Notes under the pieces: model-generated | The model's database searches: none | Seen by the model: the letters and a program-made list of their open reading frames with translations, nothing else | What the model was told of the DNA's origin: nothing | Part shown: piece by piece, positions 33,530 through 46,314 of the stretch | Layout of the letters: every line of letters starts with the position of its first letter | Numbering within the stretch: position 1 is the stretch's first letter | NCBI GenBank assembly: GCA_977017575.1 | Contig: CDRNVI010000099.1 | Coordinates: 1 to 64,000 of the forward strand | DNA length: 64,000 nt | From: Paramoeba atlantica | Lineage: Eukaryota; Protista; Discosea | Direction of reading: 5' to 3' | Made by a program: the position numbers and the translations under genes

Positions 33530-34537
33530 TCATTGAGAGTTAGGCCGCTGAGGTTGCAAAATGAATGATGCGGAGGCTGTGCTAACCAAGCTTGGGCCAA
33601 GCTTGTCCGCAAGGTGAATTCGATTATAGTATAGAGTCAGTGACCATCTAGGTACCTGGGATGGAAAAATGACATCTGTCAATTGGTTGTGATCAAGAAA
33701 AATCTCTAAGAGATCGACAGGGAGAGAGGAAAGATCAACGCAACCTTCAAACATATTATGGTCCAATTGCAAGTGAACCAGCGTCCGGGGCAGTTGAGTA
33801 AGATTGAGCGACCCGGTGAAACAATTGTTGCCAAAATTCGCGGAACGTAGCACGGTGGGAAGGCGGGAAAGATCAAGTTCGCCACTCATTAAATTTTGTA
33901 CCATAATAATTCGAACCAGGGTATTCGGGAGCGACTCCAAGGAAGCGTGTCCCGTGTACCTGTTGCAACCGACATTGAAATACTCCAGTTTTGGTGGAAG
34001 CTGCTCTAGTGCAAGCGTGCCATCCATCAGATTAGTACCCAAGTTGAGCAAATGAAGTTCTGTGGGAAGAGCGCCCAGGTCAACTGAGCCCAACAACAGA
34101 TTCTGAGAGACATCCACAATTCGAGAGCTCGACGGGACGCAGCCAAAGCTTAAGTTACCCTCCAGTTTCATCTCGCTAAAGTTAATGCTGCGGACCTGTT
34201 TTTGAGAGTTACATTCGATGCCTTCCCAAGAACACACCGAAACTTCTTGTTTCCAGAATCCCAACCACAACATTGTGGTTCTCCAGGAAGAGTGAGGGTT
34301 TCTCACATGGGCGACAAATCTCTGAATTTGCAGTTCTTGAGGAAGAAGTGCGGAGGCCACACGGCCGCGATGGATGCCCCTAGGGGAGTCGGAACCGTGT
34401 AATTTAACACAAAGAGGAAACAACGGCCACGAGACGTGCATTAGCAAATAGAAAGAGATAAACGAATTACAAAGCTTAACGATTAAACGTTTTTTAGGCA
34501 CATTCTTTATAATACACGTAACAGAGAATCTCTTCAC
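33530..34537 (-). CDS. Small LRR protein (member 2); true start probably near MHVSW
   Basis: RGRVASALLPQE, VCSWEGIEC cap, eight LRRs. Confidence 0.85.
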   Translation of the reverse strand: MKRFSVTCIIKNVPKKRLIVKLCNSFISFYLLMHVSWPLFPLCVKLHGSDSPRGIHRGRVASALLPQELQIQRFVAHVRNPHSSWRTTMLWLGFWKQEVSVCSWEGIECNSQKQVRSINFSEMKLEGNLSFGCVPSSSRIVDVSQNLLLGSVDLGALPTELHLLNLGTNLMDGTLALEQLPPKLEYFNVGCNRYTGHASLESLPNTLVRIIMVQNLMSGELDLSRLPTVLRSANFGNNCFTGSLNLTQLPRTLVHLQLDHNMFEGCVDLSSLPVDLLEIFLDHNQLTDVIFPSQVPRWSLTLYYNRIHLADKLGPSLVSTASASFILQPQRPNSQ

Positions 34538-34764
34538 ACGAAGCGCCAGATGTGTAAATTGTCTATTATTCTGTTTTCAAATCTTGTTCTATTTCAAAAG
34601 TATTTTCCATGTTTCTAATACATTTTTCCTCCAACTTGTTTCTAAATTATATCTTTCTTTCTAAAGGTACATCGCGCTTTATAAGACATTTATTGAAATA
34701 AATTAGTTTTTAGTTGTAGTGGTGAATAACGCGTAGTACACTTTACATAATGTGCGCACGAAAT

Positions 34765-35670
34765 TTATCGCGTGCAATGGTTCTCTAATTTAATCTGTGT
34801 GTTGTGTACACTTAACCCGGACCGTTGCAGAATGAAAGGCAGTTGTGATCTTGCTATATTGCTACATAACTCCTCATTATCTGATAAATTCAAATTCGTC
34901 AATGAAGATGGAAGGTTCGTCAAGTCGAGAGGACCAGAAAACAAATTGCGCGACAAATCAAGTTCAGAAATCCATAAAGGAAGTTGTCGGAGATCGAGCT
35001 CGCCGGACAATTGATTTCCTGATAGGTGTATACCCCAAATTCTAGGAAGCGAAGTTAAATCAATTGACCCGGTAAGAAGATTTTCGCTAAGGTTTACACT
35101 ATGCATATCAACCGGCAGACTCGTCAAACATACAGTTCCATTGAATCTGTTGTTATTCAAAGTTAAATCTTCGAAACAGTGCGGAAGAGAAGTTAAATCT
35201 AACCCCCCTTCGAACCGATTTTCGTACAGAATCAGATCTTCTAATTCCGAAGGCAAGCGCGTGAGCGGCATGGTCCCTTCCAGCGCGTTCTGATGGGCAT
35301 CAAAAACTTGGAGAGTATGTGAAAGATAATTCAAGTTCATTTTTCCTGCCAAGTGCATTCCACCCCATTTCACGCGGCTGACTTCTTCCCGCTCGTTACA
35401 AGTGACACCTGTCCACCGACACGCTGGGATGTGATCACTCCACCATTTGGGTAATTCTGCAATATTAGATTTGTAGACTTCGGCGACAAGCCGTGCGAGT
35501 TGGTACTCCTGAGGTAAATTCGTGTAGCTTACTTTGGCGAGACGCGATCGCCTATTTGCGGTTTGGCCTTCCGAATAGGCGTTCGAAAATAATGAAGGTT
35601 CGACTTTAAGGCGTTTAAAAGACGGTACCTGAATATCCGAACATGAAAACCGTGCGAGCATGTGTAGCAT
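34765..35670 (-). CDS. Small LRR protein (member 3)
   Basis: CSDIQVPSFKRLKVE, RLAKVSYTNLPQEY, PACRWTGVTC, seven LRRs, HNTQIKLENH C-cap. Confidence 0.9.
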   Translation of the reverse strand: MLHMLARFSCSDIQVPSFKRLKVEPSLFSNAYSEGQTANRRSRLAKVSYTNLPQEYQLARLVAEVYKSNIAELPKWWSDHIPACRWTGVTCNEREEVSRVKWGGMHLAGKMNLNYLSHTLQVFDAHQNALEGTMPLTRLPSELEDLILYENRFEGGLDLTSLPHCFEDLTLNNNRFNGTVCLTSLPVDMHSVNLSENLLTGSIDLTSLPRIWGIHLSGNQLSGELDLRQLPLWISELDLSRNLFSGPLDLTNLPSSLTNLNLSDNEELCSNIARSQLPFILQRSGLSVHNTQIKLENHCTR

Positions 35671-35838
35671 TACAAAGTAGAAAATGCTTTTTTAATAGAA
35701 ATTCTATCTTTAAATTGCAGTTTTCGGACATTGCTTTTGGTCTGTTATACATATTATATAGTGATGTTAAGCGAAAAAAATTAATCAAGGGCGTACAACA
35801 CGTTATACACTTTTTTCTGCACCTTTATTTTACTTGAT

Positions 35839-36708
35839 TCAATGATTCTCCAGCTTTATCTGTGTATTATATACGGACAAACCAAACTGTTGCACACGGA
35901 CAGGTAATTGTGATCTTGTTACATTGCTACACAAGTTAGCATTATTCGATAAATTCAAAGTCAGCAATGAGGATGGAAGCTTCGCTAAGTCCACATCACC
36001 AGAAAACTTATTTTGCGACAAATCAAGTTGCAAAACCCTGGAAGGAAGTTGCCGAAGATCGAGCTCGCCGGACAACTGATTTCCAGAGAGGCGTACTTGC
36101 CAAATTTTAGGTGGAAGCAAAGTCAAATCAATAGACCCGGTAAGACGATTTTCGCTAAAGTTCACACTTTGCATACTAGCCGGCAGACTCGTCAAACATA
36201 CAGTTCCATTGAATCTGTTGCTATTCAAAGTCAAATCTTCGAAGCAGTAAGGAAGAGAAGTCAGGTCCAACTCGCCTTCAAATAGATTTTCGTACAGAGT
36301 TAGTGATCGCAGTTCCGAAGGCAAGCGCGTGAGAGGCACTGTCCCTTCCAGCGCGTTCTGACGCGCATCAAAATTGTTCAGACTATGTGGGAGATGAATA
36401 AAGTTCATAGTACCTGACAAATCTAGTTGACCCCATTTCACGCGACTGACTTCTTCCCGCTCGTTACAACTCACACCTTCCCACTCACATGCTGGCGTGT
36501 CAAGACTCCACGATTCGTCCAAGTTGTTGACTTCCGCGAGGAGACGAACGAGTATATACTCCTGAGGTAAATTCGCAGCGCTCACTTTGGCAATACGCGA
36601 TCTCATATTCGCGTTATGTTCATAGGAATCGGTGTTCGAAGATACTGGAGTTTCTACTTTACGACGTTTAGTCGATGGTTCCTGAATATCCGAACATATT
36701 AGCCGCAT
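35839..36708 (-). CDS. Small LRR protein (member 4)
   Basis: CSDIQEPSTKRRKVE, RIAKVSAANLPQEY, PACEWEGVSC, seven LRRs. Confidence 0.9.
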   Translation of the reverse strand: MRLICSDIQEPSTKRRKVETPVSSNTDSYEHNANMRSRIAKVSAANLPQEYILVRLLAEVNNLDESWSLDTPACEWEGVSCNEREEVSRVKWGQLDLSGTMNFIHLPHSLNNFDARQNALEGTVPLTRLPSELRSLTLYENLFEGELDLTSLPYCFEDLTLNSNRFNGTVCLTSLPASMQSVNFSENRLTGSIDLTLLPPKIWQVRLSGNQLSGELDLRQLPSRVLQLDLSQNKFSGDVDLAKLPSSLLTLNLSNNANLCSNVTRSQLPVRVQQFGLSVYNTQIKLENH

Positions 36709-36935
36709 GATCGCGTGTAGCGTTAAGTGTAGCTTGTAAAGTTAGAATATAAATTATTATATAAAAAAATATATTAAAAGTTTACGTACAGAATTTTAGG
36801 AAGGATGCAGTGATTAACGAGTTATATTTTTCGAGTTATGTGTCACTACGTTTCGTGGAAATGTGACAGATAACTACGGGGGTCTGTTACAAAAAAAATC
36901 AGAGCATGTACTTAGTAATTACAGAAACGGCCCTA

Positions 36936-37348
36936 TTTTTTTGTCATCCCCCGAGCCCATTAGCGCACGCCCCTGCGGTACCAGTTTTGTACCGCGGCGT
37001 GCGCTATCTGGGCGTTCCCCTTTTGGATGGTTACCATGATAAAGTGGCTGAGGCAGCCATTCTTCTCGCCGGTGGCCTTCCGAGCGACCAGATTTAGAAA
37101 CTGGAGGGTCTCGGGGCCGGGGACACCGTACGTGGTGAGGGCCAATGGGAAGAAATCCATCTCCCTGGCTCCCGCCATTTCCTCGTGAGTGCGCCTTTTG
37201 AGGCGCTCTGCCTGCCTCGCGGTGAAGGAGGGCTCAGCTGCCTCCTTGTCCACATAAGACGGTGCCAGTGGGTTTACCACCGTCACGTCCACTAGGACTA
37301 GATTCCGCCCCAAAAGGAAACAAATGTCCGGTCCTCGACCGTTATCGA
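36936..37348 (-). mobile_element. 5'-truncated CRE/RLE-type non-LTR retrotransposon 3' end with an A7 tail
   Basis: GRGPDICF...LVDVTVVNPLAPSY...AERLKRRTH...FFPLALTTYG...IQKGNAQI is a restriction-like endonuclease domain. The empty site is seen at 58481-58495. Confidence 0.8.
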
Positions 37349-37569
37349 CTATTTACGTAATAGGGCTACGCGTGCCCGAGAGTAAAAAAGTGTATAAAAA
37401 AGGTGCAGGACCTTGTTTAGGAACAATAGAAAACTTCTCCTGAAAACTATTGTCCTATGAATTCTTGGGAGGATCTGGTGCCACGTCGACCGTTAAGCAA
37501 CTGGACTGTTTTGCGAACTCCAGTGGCTCGTGTATCACGTGTAATTGGACCTTTTCCTTCCGGACAAGA

Positions 37570-38275
37570 ATCTGATGTCTCTCTTTGCGTATTTTGGCTC
37601 TCAGAGCACTAAATCTGATATTTGCGTGTGGGAAATGACTCATAGTGATGGAGCAAAGCCTACCAAACGTATTGGGTAGAGAATGCGACTCCAACCATAC
37701 CATTCTTTCGACACAAAAATGCCCCTTTAGGCCCGAAAAATACTTTTTCACCTTTTTTAGTCAAAAATGGGTCAGTTGTAGGGGGGCACCACGGCTCGAA
37801 CAATGGATATCTTGCGAAAACAACGGTGTAGAAAGCTAGTATAGGGCCCAAACTATAAAAATACAATAGGGCAAAGGATTTTGAAAGAATATTTTTTTTG
37901 CCATTTTTTTCACCAAGTTGAAATTTTTTTCAGTTTTTTTTTCCGAAAAAATCCGAACTTGGCGGACCCGTCCTGCGGATACGCGGGGGGGTCACCCCCG
38001 GGTAGGGGGGTGGAAAATGCGCACCAAGACCCCGGCTACCCTTTCTGCGTTTTTTTTTCGATAAATAATGTTTTCAAAAAAATTTGCTCGACCATGATCC
38101 CCCCTAGACCCCCCATTTTTTTTCAATTTTGTTTTTCAATTTTGGCCCACCGGAGCCCCCTTTTATATTTTTTTCTTCTATTATATTACTGTGTTTCTCT
38201 TTATATTTTCACTGTTTTTGTTCACTTTTTTTCAATAATCGAAGGTAGAGCGGTAGTTATACAACCACCGCAATC
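37570..38275. repeat. Truncated copy of the ~900-bp dispersed repeat
   Basis: Matches ~8710-9411. Confidence 0.85.
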
Positions 38276-38386
38276 ATGCATTTATTTTACCGTGTTGGCC
38301 ACGTGGTGTACAACTTCTATGTAATGATATAATTTGCGAGACGCAGCGTCCGTGTTGGCAAAGGACCTCATTAATACCTGAGTGGA

Positions 38387-39001
38387 TTGCATGTCTTGCG
38401 CTTTGCAACGGGTAATACTCTTCCCAAAAAGAATGAGACGCGCTGGTGGTCAGGGTATGAGCACATTCGAGCTGCGCTCAAAACAAGCAACTCTTCGAAA
38501 ATAACAACTACCTTCACAGTGGATGACCAGGAGAACATGATGAAAATATTTTATTTACCTATTGAACTTCGTATACTCGGCAATTTGTGTGAAACATCCG
38601 ACACGACCGGTCTTCAACGAGTGAATGGTTTCTTTACCCTTTTCAGTGGTATACTGCCACAGCAAGTCCACTGCCACAATCAAATCTTGTACAGTATCTT
38701 CGGATGTGTTATCACAAGCAGCTACGGTCACCTGTTTTTATACTCTGTGCGCTTTCTTCTTAAAATAAGTCTCTTAGTCAAATACACGGACTTTTCTACG
38801 GACAAAGCTGTCCATCAGATGAAGTGTATTATCGTTGAAGCGATGTTAGTGTACTTCGGAAAAAAGAGTAGGGTGCAACGACTTTTTGAAAAGAATGGAA
38901 CACGAAAGATTCTTAAAGCCGAAATTGATCTCATGTTGGACGATCATGCAACGTCAAGTTGTGGAAGATTATTGGAAATGCACTGCTTCTCAAAAATATA
39001 A
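38387..39001 (+). pseudogene. Probable hAT transposase fragment from a second family
   Basis: LPKKNETRWWSGYEHI resembles the hAT L..xNxTRWNSxYxML motif. Confidence 0.5.
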
Positions 39002-39550
39002 ACACATTCGAGTTTTCCAACAAGCAACCAATTGTACCTGCTCCGAAACGAGAATTTAGGCACATGCTCCACATTGAGAACAAAATGTCCCATTCTATCC
39101 GATGAGCCCTTCCAAGGAATGGTTCGAAACTTCTTTAATGATCCTTAAAAGAATCCTTATGGACCTCCACGTCGTCTTCCCAGGCACTGCTATCCCACTG
39201 ATGGTACAGACGCCGAACTACCGAAACATACAGTAACATAAAAAAGTGTTTAAATGTTTCTGGAACAAATTTCGTCCCAAACTTGACACACCCTCAGCAT
39301 GGGGAAGTATGGTAAGGACTTTCACGCGGTCTTCCCGGGACACTGATAGTACATGTCCTACCGACACTCTTAATAAGAGTGTCTTACCGGTATTATTAAT
39401 AATTCTTAGTAATTGTTACAGCAGCTTGCTATGGATTTTGGTGATATTCTTCATCTATGACAGTTTTGTAAAAAGCCGTTTGTACGTTTTCAACAAAACC
39501 ATGTCCCACGTGACCTAGTGTTTCCCGATTACGGGTCATAAACCAACGGG

Positions 39551-40258
39551 TCAAACAATTCGGCACTCATCCATGTCAACGAAGACACACTCTGGAATGA
39601 GAGGACTCGTGCATGAGAGCACGCTTGGTCCACCATGCGCTTGATCAGCCAGAAGAGTGCTGTCTGTGAAAAAGGTCTGACCCAACACAAGACCATTCGG
39701 AAGCGTTGTGAGGTCATACGTCCCGCGTAAATAGAAATTGTACTTTAAGGAGAGCGTCTTAAGACCCTGGGGGAGAGCCTCAAAGTGTAGGGCCTGTTTG
39801 AAACGGTTTAGAGCAAGTCCCATGTGTTGCATCGTGTGTGGTACGCAACTCAAGTCCAATGTCCCGGAAAATTGGTTAGAAGTCAGGTGAAGACCGACCA
39901 TTTGTCGAGGAAGAAGTTCTAACGGGAGGGAGCCGCTTAGTTCATCGTTTTTGTACAAACTCAGGGATAAGAGGGTGGGGGGCAATCGTTCCCATCGTAA
40001 AGTCTCATCCTTCACTTTGTTTTTCATCCCGATATGAGACCAATCAATGTTGGTGACGCGCTGATCCGCGTCGCATTGCACTCCATACCATTGACATGCT
40101 GCTGTCGAGGTGGTGTTGAATTCCCATCCCATAGGGATGAGATATAAGGGTTCCAGAAATTGTGCAAGAAGATATTCGGGGGGAAGGCGGGGGTTGACGC
40201 GTCCAAGACGGCACGCGAATTCTTCCGAGCTCTTTGCTTCGTGTAGGGAATCTGACAT
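39551..40258 (-). CDS. Small LRR protein (member 5)
   Basis: RLGRVNPRLPPEYLL, AACQWYGVQC, about five LRRs. Confidence 0.85.
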   Translation of the reverse strand: MSDSLHEAKSSEEFACRLGRVNPRLPPEYLLAQFLEPLYLIPMGWEFNTTSTAACQWYGVQCDADQRVTNIDWSHIGMKNKVKDETLRWERLPPTLLSLSLYKNDELSGSLPLELLPRQMVGLHLTSNQFSGTLDLSCVPHTMQHMGLALNRFKQALHFEALPQGLKTLSLKYNFYLRGTYDLTTLPNGLVLGQTFFTDSTLLADQAHGGPSVLSCTSPLIPECVFVDMDECRIV

Positions 40259-40676
40259 ACGGACCGAATTGAGAAATAGAAGGGTATTGAGATAAGTGTA
40301 GATTAGTTTGTGGTTAGTGTAAATTAGTCCAGTAGTGGTGTGCAGGCAAAAGTAGTTGTGAATGAATGCTGAAAATACAGTACTGAAAATAGTTCGAATA
40401 ACTCCGAGTTACATTTAGAGACATATAACATAATATTGAGGATAAATCATCATGCACTTATGATACGCTTATCTTATATTCGTCCGTCCATGTAAAGTAG
40501 AAGCCCAGCTCATCGGCATGGTAACTGATCTTCTGACTCGCCGGTACAGTCCTCAAGTCAGCGTCACTTTGTTCAAGGAGTATGGAATAAAGGTATCCCG
40601 GAAGGCGATTTTATAAAGCGAGACGAGAATATGTAATATCATATTGTGTGCCGATCATATGTACTAGCAAAGAATC

Positions 40677-41336
40677 CTATTTGTACTGATACAGTATTTG
40701 CGCACCCTGTCCCTTTTGTATCAGTCGCTGCACCATTCCATTCCAACCTACTATCTGTGTTCGTGCAAAATTGTACTCTGCTTTCCTTGGCATCACATTT
40801 TCTTCTAATATGCCAGTAAGATCCGGATTTTTCTGCAGCATGAGCATCCGCAAATTTGGTGGCAGGGCGTGAAACTCCACTTCCCCGCTCAACAAATTGC
40901 AGTCCAATGCGATACAATCTAAACTTCGAGGCATACCCGCGAGGTCCACCTTTCCGGTAAAACCATTTTCGCTCAAATAAAAATGTTGCAAATGTAGGGA
41001 AAGCTGTGAAAATTCAACTTCTCCGTGTATTTCATTGGATTGCACGCCGAAATACACCAAACCGGGGGGCAACGCCCACGAGAGCGTGCCTCTTAACTGT
41101 CGCCAATCCCACCGGATCCAGGTCACTTTTTGCGCCCCATCACACTTGATCCCCTCCCAGGAACAGAGCGCAACGGAGGGGCGCCATGTGGGATGGCCCG
41201 GGGAGAGGTTGCGTACCACGCGCTCCATAAGGTATTCCTCGGGCAGACCCGTCCCGGAGAGTTTGCCTCCGAACTCGGCACGCTGGGGAGAGGGGGAAGA
41301 CTCCGATGCGGCCCACCAGTTCGGCAAGAGGTTCAT
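40677..41336 (-). CDS. Small LRR protein (member 6)
   Basis: KLSGTGLPEEYLM, LCSWEGIKC, about four LRRs. Confidence 0.85.
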   Translation of the reverse strand: MNLLPNWWAASESSPSPQRAEFGGKLSGTGLPEEYLMERVVRNLSPGHPTWRPSVALCSWEGIKCDGAQKVTWIRWDWRQLRGTLSWALPPGLVYFGVQSNEIHGEVEFSQLSLHLQHFYLSENGFTGKVDLAGMPRSLDCIALDCNLLSGEVEFHALPPNLRMLMLQKNPDLTGILEENVMPRKAEYNFARTQIVGWNGMVQRLIQKGQGAQILYQYK

Positions 41337-42639
41337 GTGCAGGTTTTAGTGTACAAATGAAAAACAAGGGGAAACAAGCTCCTTTTTTGTGGCCAATAGC
41401 AGGAAAATGAAACCCTGCAGCGGGATAATTTTGTGTTACACACTCATCTGAGACGTATATTTTTTGTATAGTTTCTATACCTTGCTGCTTTATTTTTCTT
41501 ACCTTTTACTGTATCTTAATGGCCTCACAAGCAACAAGACCGTATGCGTCGCAGGACCCTAATACGGGACCACGTGACGTGACCGAACCTACGTTGTCCG
41601 TTCCCTTGCAACAACACCCTACATGCATAAATGATACACATCATTTATGAATACGGGAATGTGGTAAGCAGCTTAGCTGAGGTATTTTTCTCCGTGTTGG
41701 TTGGGTAGTTGTTGGTCCACCGCGCCTCGGTAGAAAAACAGATCTACTGCATTGTAAACGAGAGTTAACATCTTGCGAACATCTTTCGACGTGCGTCAAG
41801 AAGGCTGGGATACGGAACCAGGGTGTGCAAATACGTGCTGTACCCGCACGTTTAATAAGCTCTTTTTTTCTTTCCTTTTTTTTACAGATTTCAAAAATTT
41901 GTTAGCACTGATCACAAAGATCACGAAGGCCACAAACGGTGGGTCACAAAGATCCCAAACACCCGACGAGATAACAAATAATGGGTCATTAAGATTTCAA
42001 GTGAACCGATCACAAAGATAACAAACAAACAAACCAATCAGGTAATATACACATCCGATTACAAAGATCCCGCGCAATGAGTCATAAGGACTTCATAGAT
42101 ATCAAACAAACGATCACAAATATCCTAAGTAAGGGGTCGAAAAGATCACAAAAAACCAGAATGGTCGTGACATTTACGATACATGTCACATCGGAAAAGA
42201 CATCGCTCAGAAAAGACTCGCGTAACCTGTTGATGTGCTATTCCGTGCATCAATAAAAGGTGAATGAAAACTAATAAAAGGTATATGAATCTTTTTTTTG
42301 TAATATGAATCAATAAATTTACAATCAATTTATAGATAACCTTTGTCGAGGTTACCAATCTCATGCCTGCTATTCCTCAGCATACAGGATATGCTTACGT
42401 ATGACGCTTACGTATACGTTGTATACAGGGCACAAACCGCACCACCAAATACAAAAAAAGTGAACTTGAATATTGAAATTTAGACCTTCAACCGGCTATA
42501 AAAGACAAACAAACCGCTGTTTCGCGGTGTTTCACAATTCTAACCCGCAGCCCCTCGAATAAGGTGCGGTACAGATTGTTTATCACGTGAATTGCGCAGC
42601 TGTTTTCACCAGAACGTTGCTGCGGAAAACTTATTCATG

Positions 42640-43270
42640 GGATGGCCATGATGATAATGAAGGGGAAGGTGAAGGGGATGGCGAAGATGATAGTGAAGGG
42701 GACGAAGCGCACAAAGAACGGAATGATTAAATCAGCGAGCTCCGACTCCTGTTCTCCAATTTCGTGACAACAACACCTTTCGTGACCACACGCACGATCA
42801 TTCACTTAAAACACAAAAAGAAAAAATGCAAGTTTCATTTTCAGATTTTTTTTGAAAAAAATAGAGGAACAGGGTGAAGGATAACTAAGGGGGGGACACA
42901 GTATATGGAAGGCCTTTGTGAAGGGCAATTCGTATTCCTTATTGTTCCCGAAGTAGGATCAACGTTTGGCTAATAAATTTATAAATGATGCAGCTCATCA
43001 CTTTAATCGGAATTACACTCGAACATGGACTATGCATTCATTGCGGCATGGGAAGGTCACTGAGCTTCGAGTCCGTGGCGTTCCTATTTCAGAGAGGCAA
43101 TTAATGGGACGATGGCGCTCTCACTCGTCAGAACAATCCAATGTCACAGCGTACCAGCGCCAACCAAGGGAGTCCAACTCTCCGTAACTAACCAGCATGT
43201 GACATCCAATGTCACAGCCTACCAGCGGGAACCAAGGGGGTCCAACTGTTCAATTAACCAGTGGCAACAT
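42640..43270 (+). pseudogene. Acidic GAn-rich stretch + tyrosine recombinase C-terminal remnant + short aatgtcacagc(c/g)taccagcg repeats
   Basis: SLLFPK*DQRLANKFINDAA...WTMHSLRHGKVTELRVRGVPISERQLMGRW aligns with LLFPGW...WSFHSLRHG...GRW in the 31606 ORF. Confidence 0.75.
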
Positions 43271-43852
43271 GAGAGTGTTGCGGTACTTCACCATGTCTAA
43301 CTGCCCTGCAGCATGCTAAGTCCAGCTCTATACGGTTCGAATGTCATCGGGAAGACCGAGACATCCAATTCAAGGTGTACAACTCGATCGAATGATCGCT
43401 TCCCCCTCCTACCCGGTCTTTGAGAGGCCTGCCCCAGGCTTGGGACTGGAAACTGCGGAGTTAAGAAGCCATAGGAGTTAAGAAATCAAAAGTAAACAAC
43501 ACTTTTTTTAAGACAAATTATACAAATTAATTTATTTTAATTTAATTTATACAAATTATACTAAATCACAGTTCTCAGACATTCCGTTTAGTCTGTCATA
43601 CACATTTTAGATGTGTTCTCTGTTATGCACATTACAAAGGGGTTGAGCGACAGCAATTAATCAAGGGGGTATGTCACGTCGTACACTTTTTTGAGATAAG
43701 AAAGTTTATAAAAGTTTCAAAAACAATAGAATTTATTGAATAATTGAAGATCCCCCTAATCCCCCCGCCCACATATTTTCTCTCCATCTTTCTCTTTATT
43801 CTCTTTAAATTCTCTTTATTCTCTTTAAATTCTCTTTATCATTTTATTTGAT

Positions 43853-44749
43853 TCAATGATTCTCGAGCCTTATCTGTGTGTTATATACGCACAAACCGTA
43901 CTCTTGCACATTTTCAGGTAATGGCGATCTTGTTATATTGCTACGCAAGTTCACATTATCTGATAAATCCAAACCCATCAATGAAAATGGAAGGTTCGTC
44001 AAGTCCACATCACCAGAAAACATATTGCGCGACAAATCAAGGTGCCGAATCCCCGAAGGAAGTTGTCGGAGATCGAGTTCGCCGGACAACTGATTTCCAG
44101 AGAGATATACTTGACATATGTTAGGCGGAAACAAAGTCAAATCAAGTGAGCCGGTGAGACGATTTCCGCTAAGGTTCACATTTTGCATATTGACCGGCAG
44201 ACTCGTCAAACATACAGTTCCATTGAATCTATTGTCATTCAAAGTCAAATCTTCGAAACAGAGCGGAAGGGAAGTCAAGTCCAACTCGCCTTCAAACCGA
44301 TTTTCGTACAGAGTTAGTGATCGCAGTTCCGAAGGCAAGCGCGTGAGCGGTACTGTCCCTTCTAGAGCGTTCTGACACACATCAAAATCGTACAAACTAT
44401 GTGGGAGATAAATCAAGTTCATAGTACCTGACAAATCTCGTTGGGTCCATCTCACGTGGCTGACTTCTTCCCGCTCGTTACAACCCACACCTTCCCACTC
44501 GCATGCTGGCGTGTCAAGACTCCACGATTCGTCCAAGTTGTTGACTTCCGCGAGGAGACGAACGAGTAGATACTCCTGAGGTAAATTCGCAGCGCTCACT
44601 TTGGCAATACGCGATCTCGTCTTTGTAGTTTCTTCAGCAGAATGAGTGTTGGAAGGTATTGGGCTTTCGACTTTACGTCGTTTAGTCGACGGTTCCTGAA
44701 TATCCGAACATGTGAGCTGCACGATCGTTTGTAGCGTTAAGTGTAGCAT
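43853..44749 (-). CDS. Small LRR protein (member 7)
   Basis: CSDIQEPSTKRRKVE, PACEWEGVGC, seven LRRs; close paralogue of members 4 and 8. Confidence 0.9.
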   Translation of the reverse strand: MLHLTLQTIVQLTCSDIQEPSTKRRKVESPIPSNTHSAEETTKTRSRIAKVSAANLPQEYLLVRLLAEVNNLDESWSLDTPACEWEGVGCNEREEVSHVRWTQRDLSGTMNLIYLPHSLYDFDVCQNALEGTVPLTRLPSELRSLTLYENRFEGELDLTSLPLCFEDLTLNDNRFNGTVCLTSLPVNMQNVNLSGNRLTGSLDLTLFPPNICQVYLSGNQLSGELDLRQLPSGIRHLDLSRNMFSGDVDLTNLPFSLMGLDLSDNVNLRSNITRSPLPENVQEYGLCVYNTQIRLENH

Positions 44750-46314
44750 GTAAAGTTAGAATGTATATTATTGTTTTTTAAAAATTAAAAAAAAATTCTA
44801 TGAATGTACTGTACCCCGTAGTTATCAGTCACTACGTTTCGTGGAGAAGAGACATAAACTTTAATAGGGCTACGCGTGCCCGCCCCCCCTTTGATAGGGC
44901 TATTTTGTCTAAAAGGCCAAAGATTTGTTTAGGGGGGGGGCATTTTTTTATGAAATCCGCCGATGAAAGAAGCAGCGGCGTTTTTCCGGTGCATAGCTAT
45001 CCGAGTGTAAAATAGTGTATAAAAAAGCTGCAAGACCTTGTTTAGGAACTATAGAAAACTTCTCCTGAAAATTATTGTCCTATGAATTTTCGGGAGGATC
45101 TGGTGCCGCGTGGACCGTTAAGCAACTGGATCATTTCGCGAACTCCAGTGGCTCGTGTATCACATGTGGTCGGACCTTTTGTTTCCGGACAAGAACCTGG
45201 TATCTCTCTTCCCGAAAATTCTCTTTCAGCACGTCCCTCTCTCCCTCCCTTTGTTCCTCCATCAATATACCGCAGAAAACACTTGTCGGTGCAAGACAAG
45301 TTGTGCGTGTGTCGTTCTTCGTCTTCCGTATCAAAACTTGCGAAGTCATAATATTGCCGAGGAGACCATACGGAAAATAAAGCGAGTCGGAGAAAAAGAT
45401 TATCAATCAAGAATGAATCGTGGAGGTCGCGACCGGAAGCGTGAGCGAGCCTTCAATAGCTCGCGACAAGATTTTATGGTAAAGTTTCATAAAACCCTTC
45501 TCGGTCTGTGGAATGGTCATATCCCTATCACTCGAAATAGGGTACTCCAGTTGATGAGTCGTTACGTGTTTTGATGGACTTGACGAACGTTTGGAAAAAC
45601 TCAAGCTATCACGCCGGCAGATATTGATCAACGAATAAGACGATGGTCGCATCATCTGTACTCGCAGCACGATGTTCGTCAGTACAGCTATGTTATTTTC
45701 GGAGATAAAACTAGCGTTAGCGTCGACGGCCAACTGAAGGGGAAAAATTTAGCGCCAGTGGGCGTGATTTCAGTCAAAGTCGTTCGGACGAATAAAAAGC
45801 AAACACTGACTATTTTTCTTGCCGCCTTATTTTCCGTCAAGGATAAGGGGGTGTATCCTCGTCTAATCCTGCAGAAATACAATTCCTGAAAATTGATTCC
45901 TGAAAATTCGAGTTACTGAATTTAATGCACTTTAAATAGTCTTTTTTAGGTATTTGTTTTGTGATTTTATACTTTCGCTTTATTCGTGCGCGTTATAAAT
46001 TCGTGTGCGTTATCTATTTTGAGAACGACGACGACGACCTACAAATTGTTCTTGTGTGTATTATGATGACCTACAAGTTGTTCTATTCATCACTCTCAGA
46101 ACGTCATCCATCCGCTTTGATCACAAGATCTTTGCAAACTGATTGCGGGAGACACTCAGTTTGACCACGGTTTTCGGCACGGTCCCGAAATCTAGCATCA
46201 CGAAAAAGTATTCGGGTCCAGTTTTTCCAGCTGACCAGGCAATAGTTCTAACGGAACGTTGCCTGAGAAACTACTACGTTCTAGATTCAAGGAAAGAAGT
46301 GTGGAAAGTAAATC

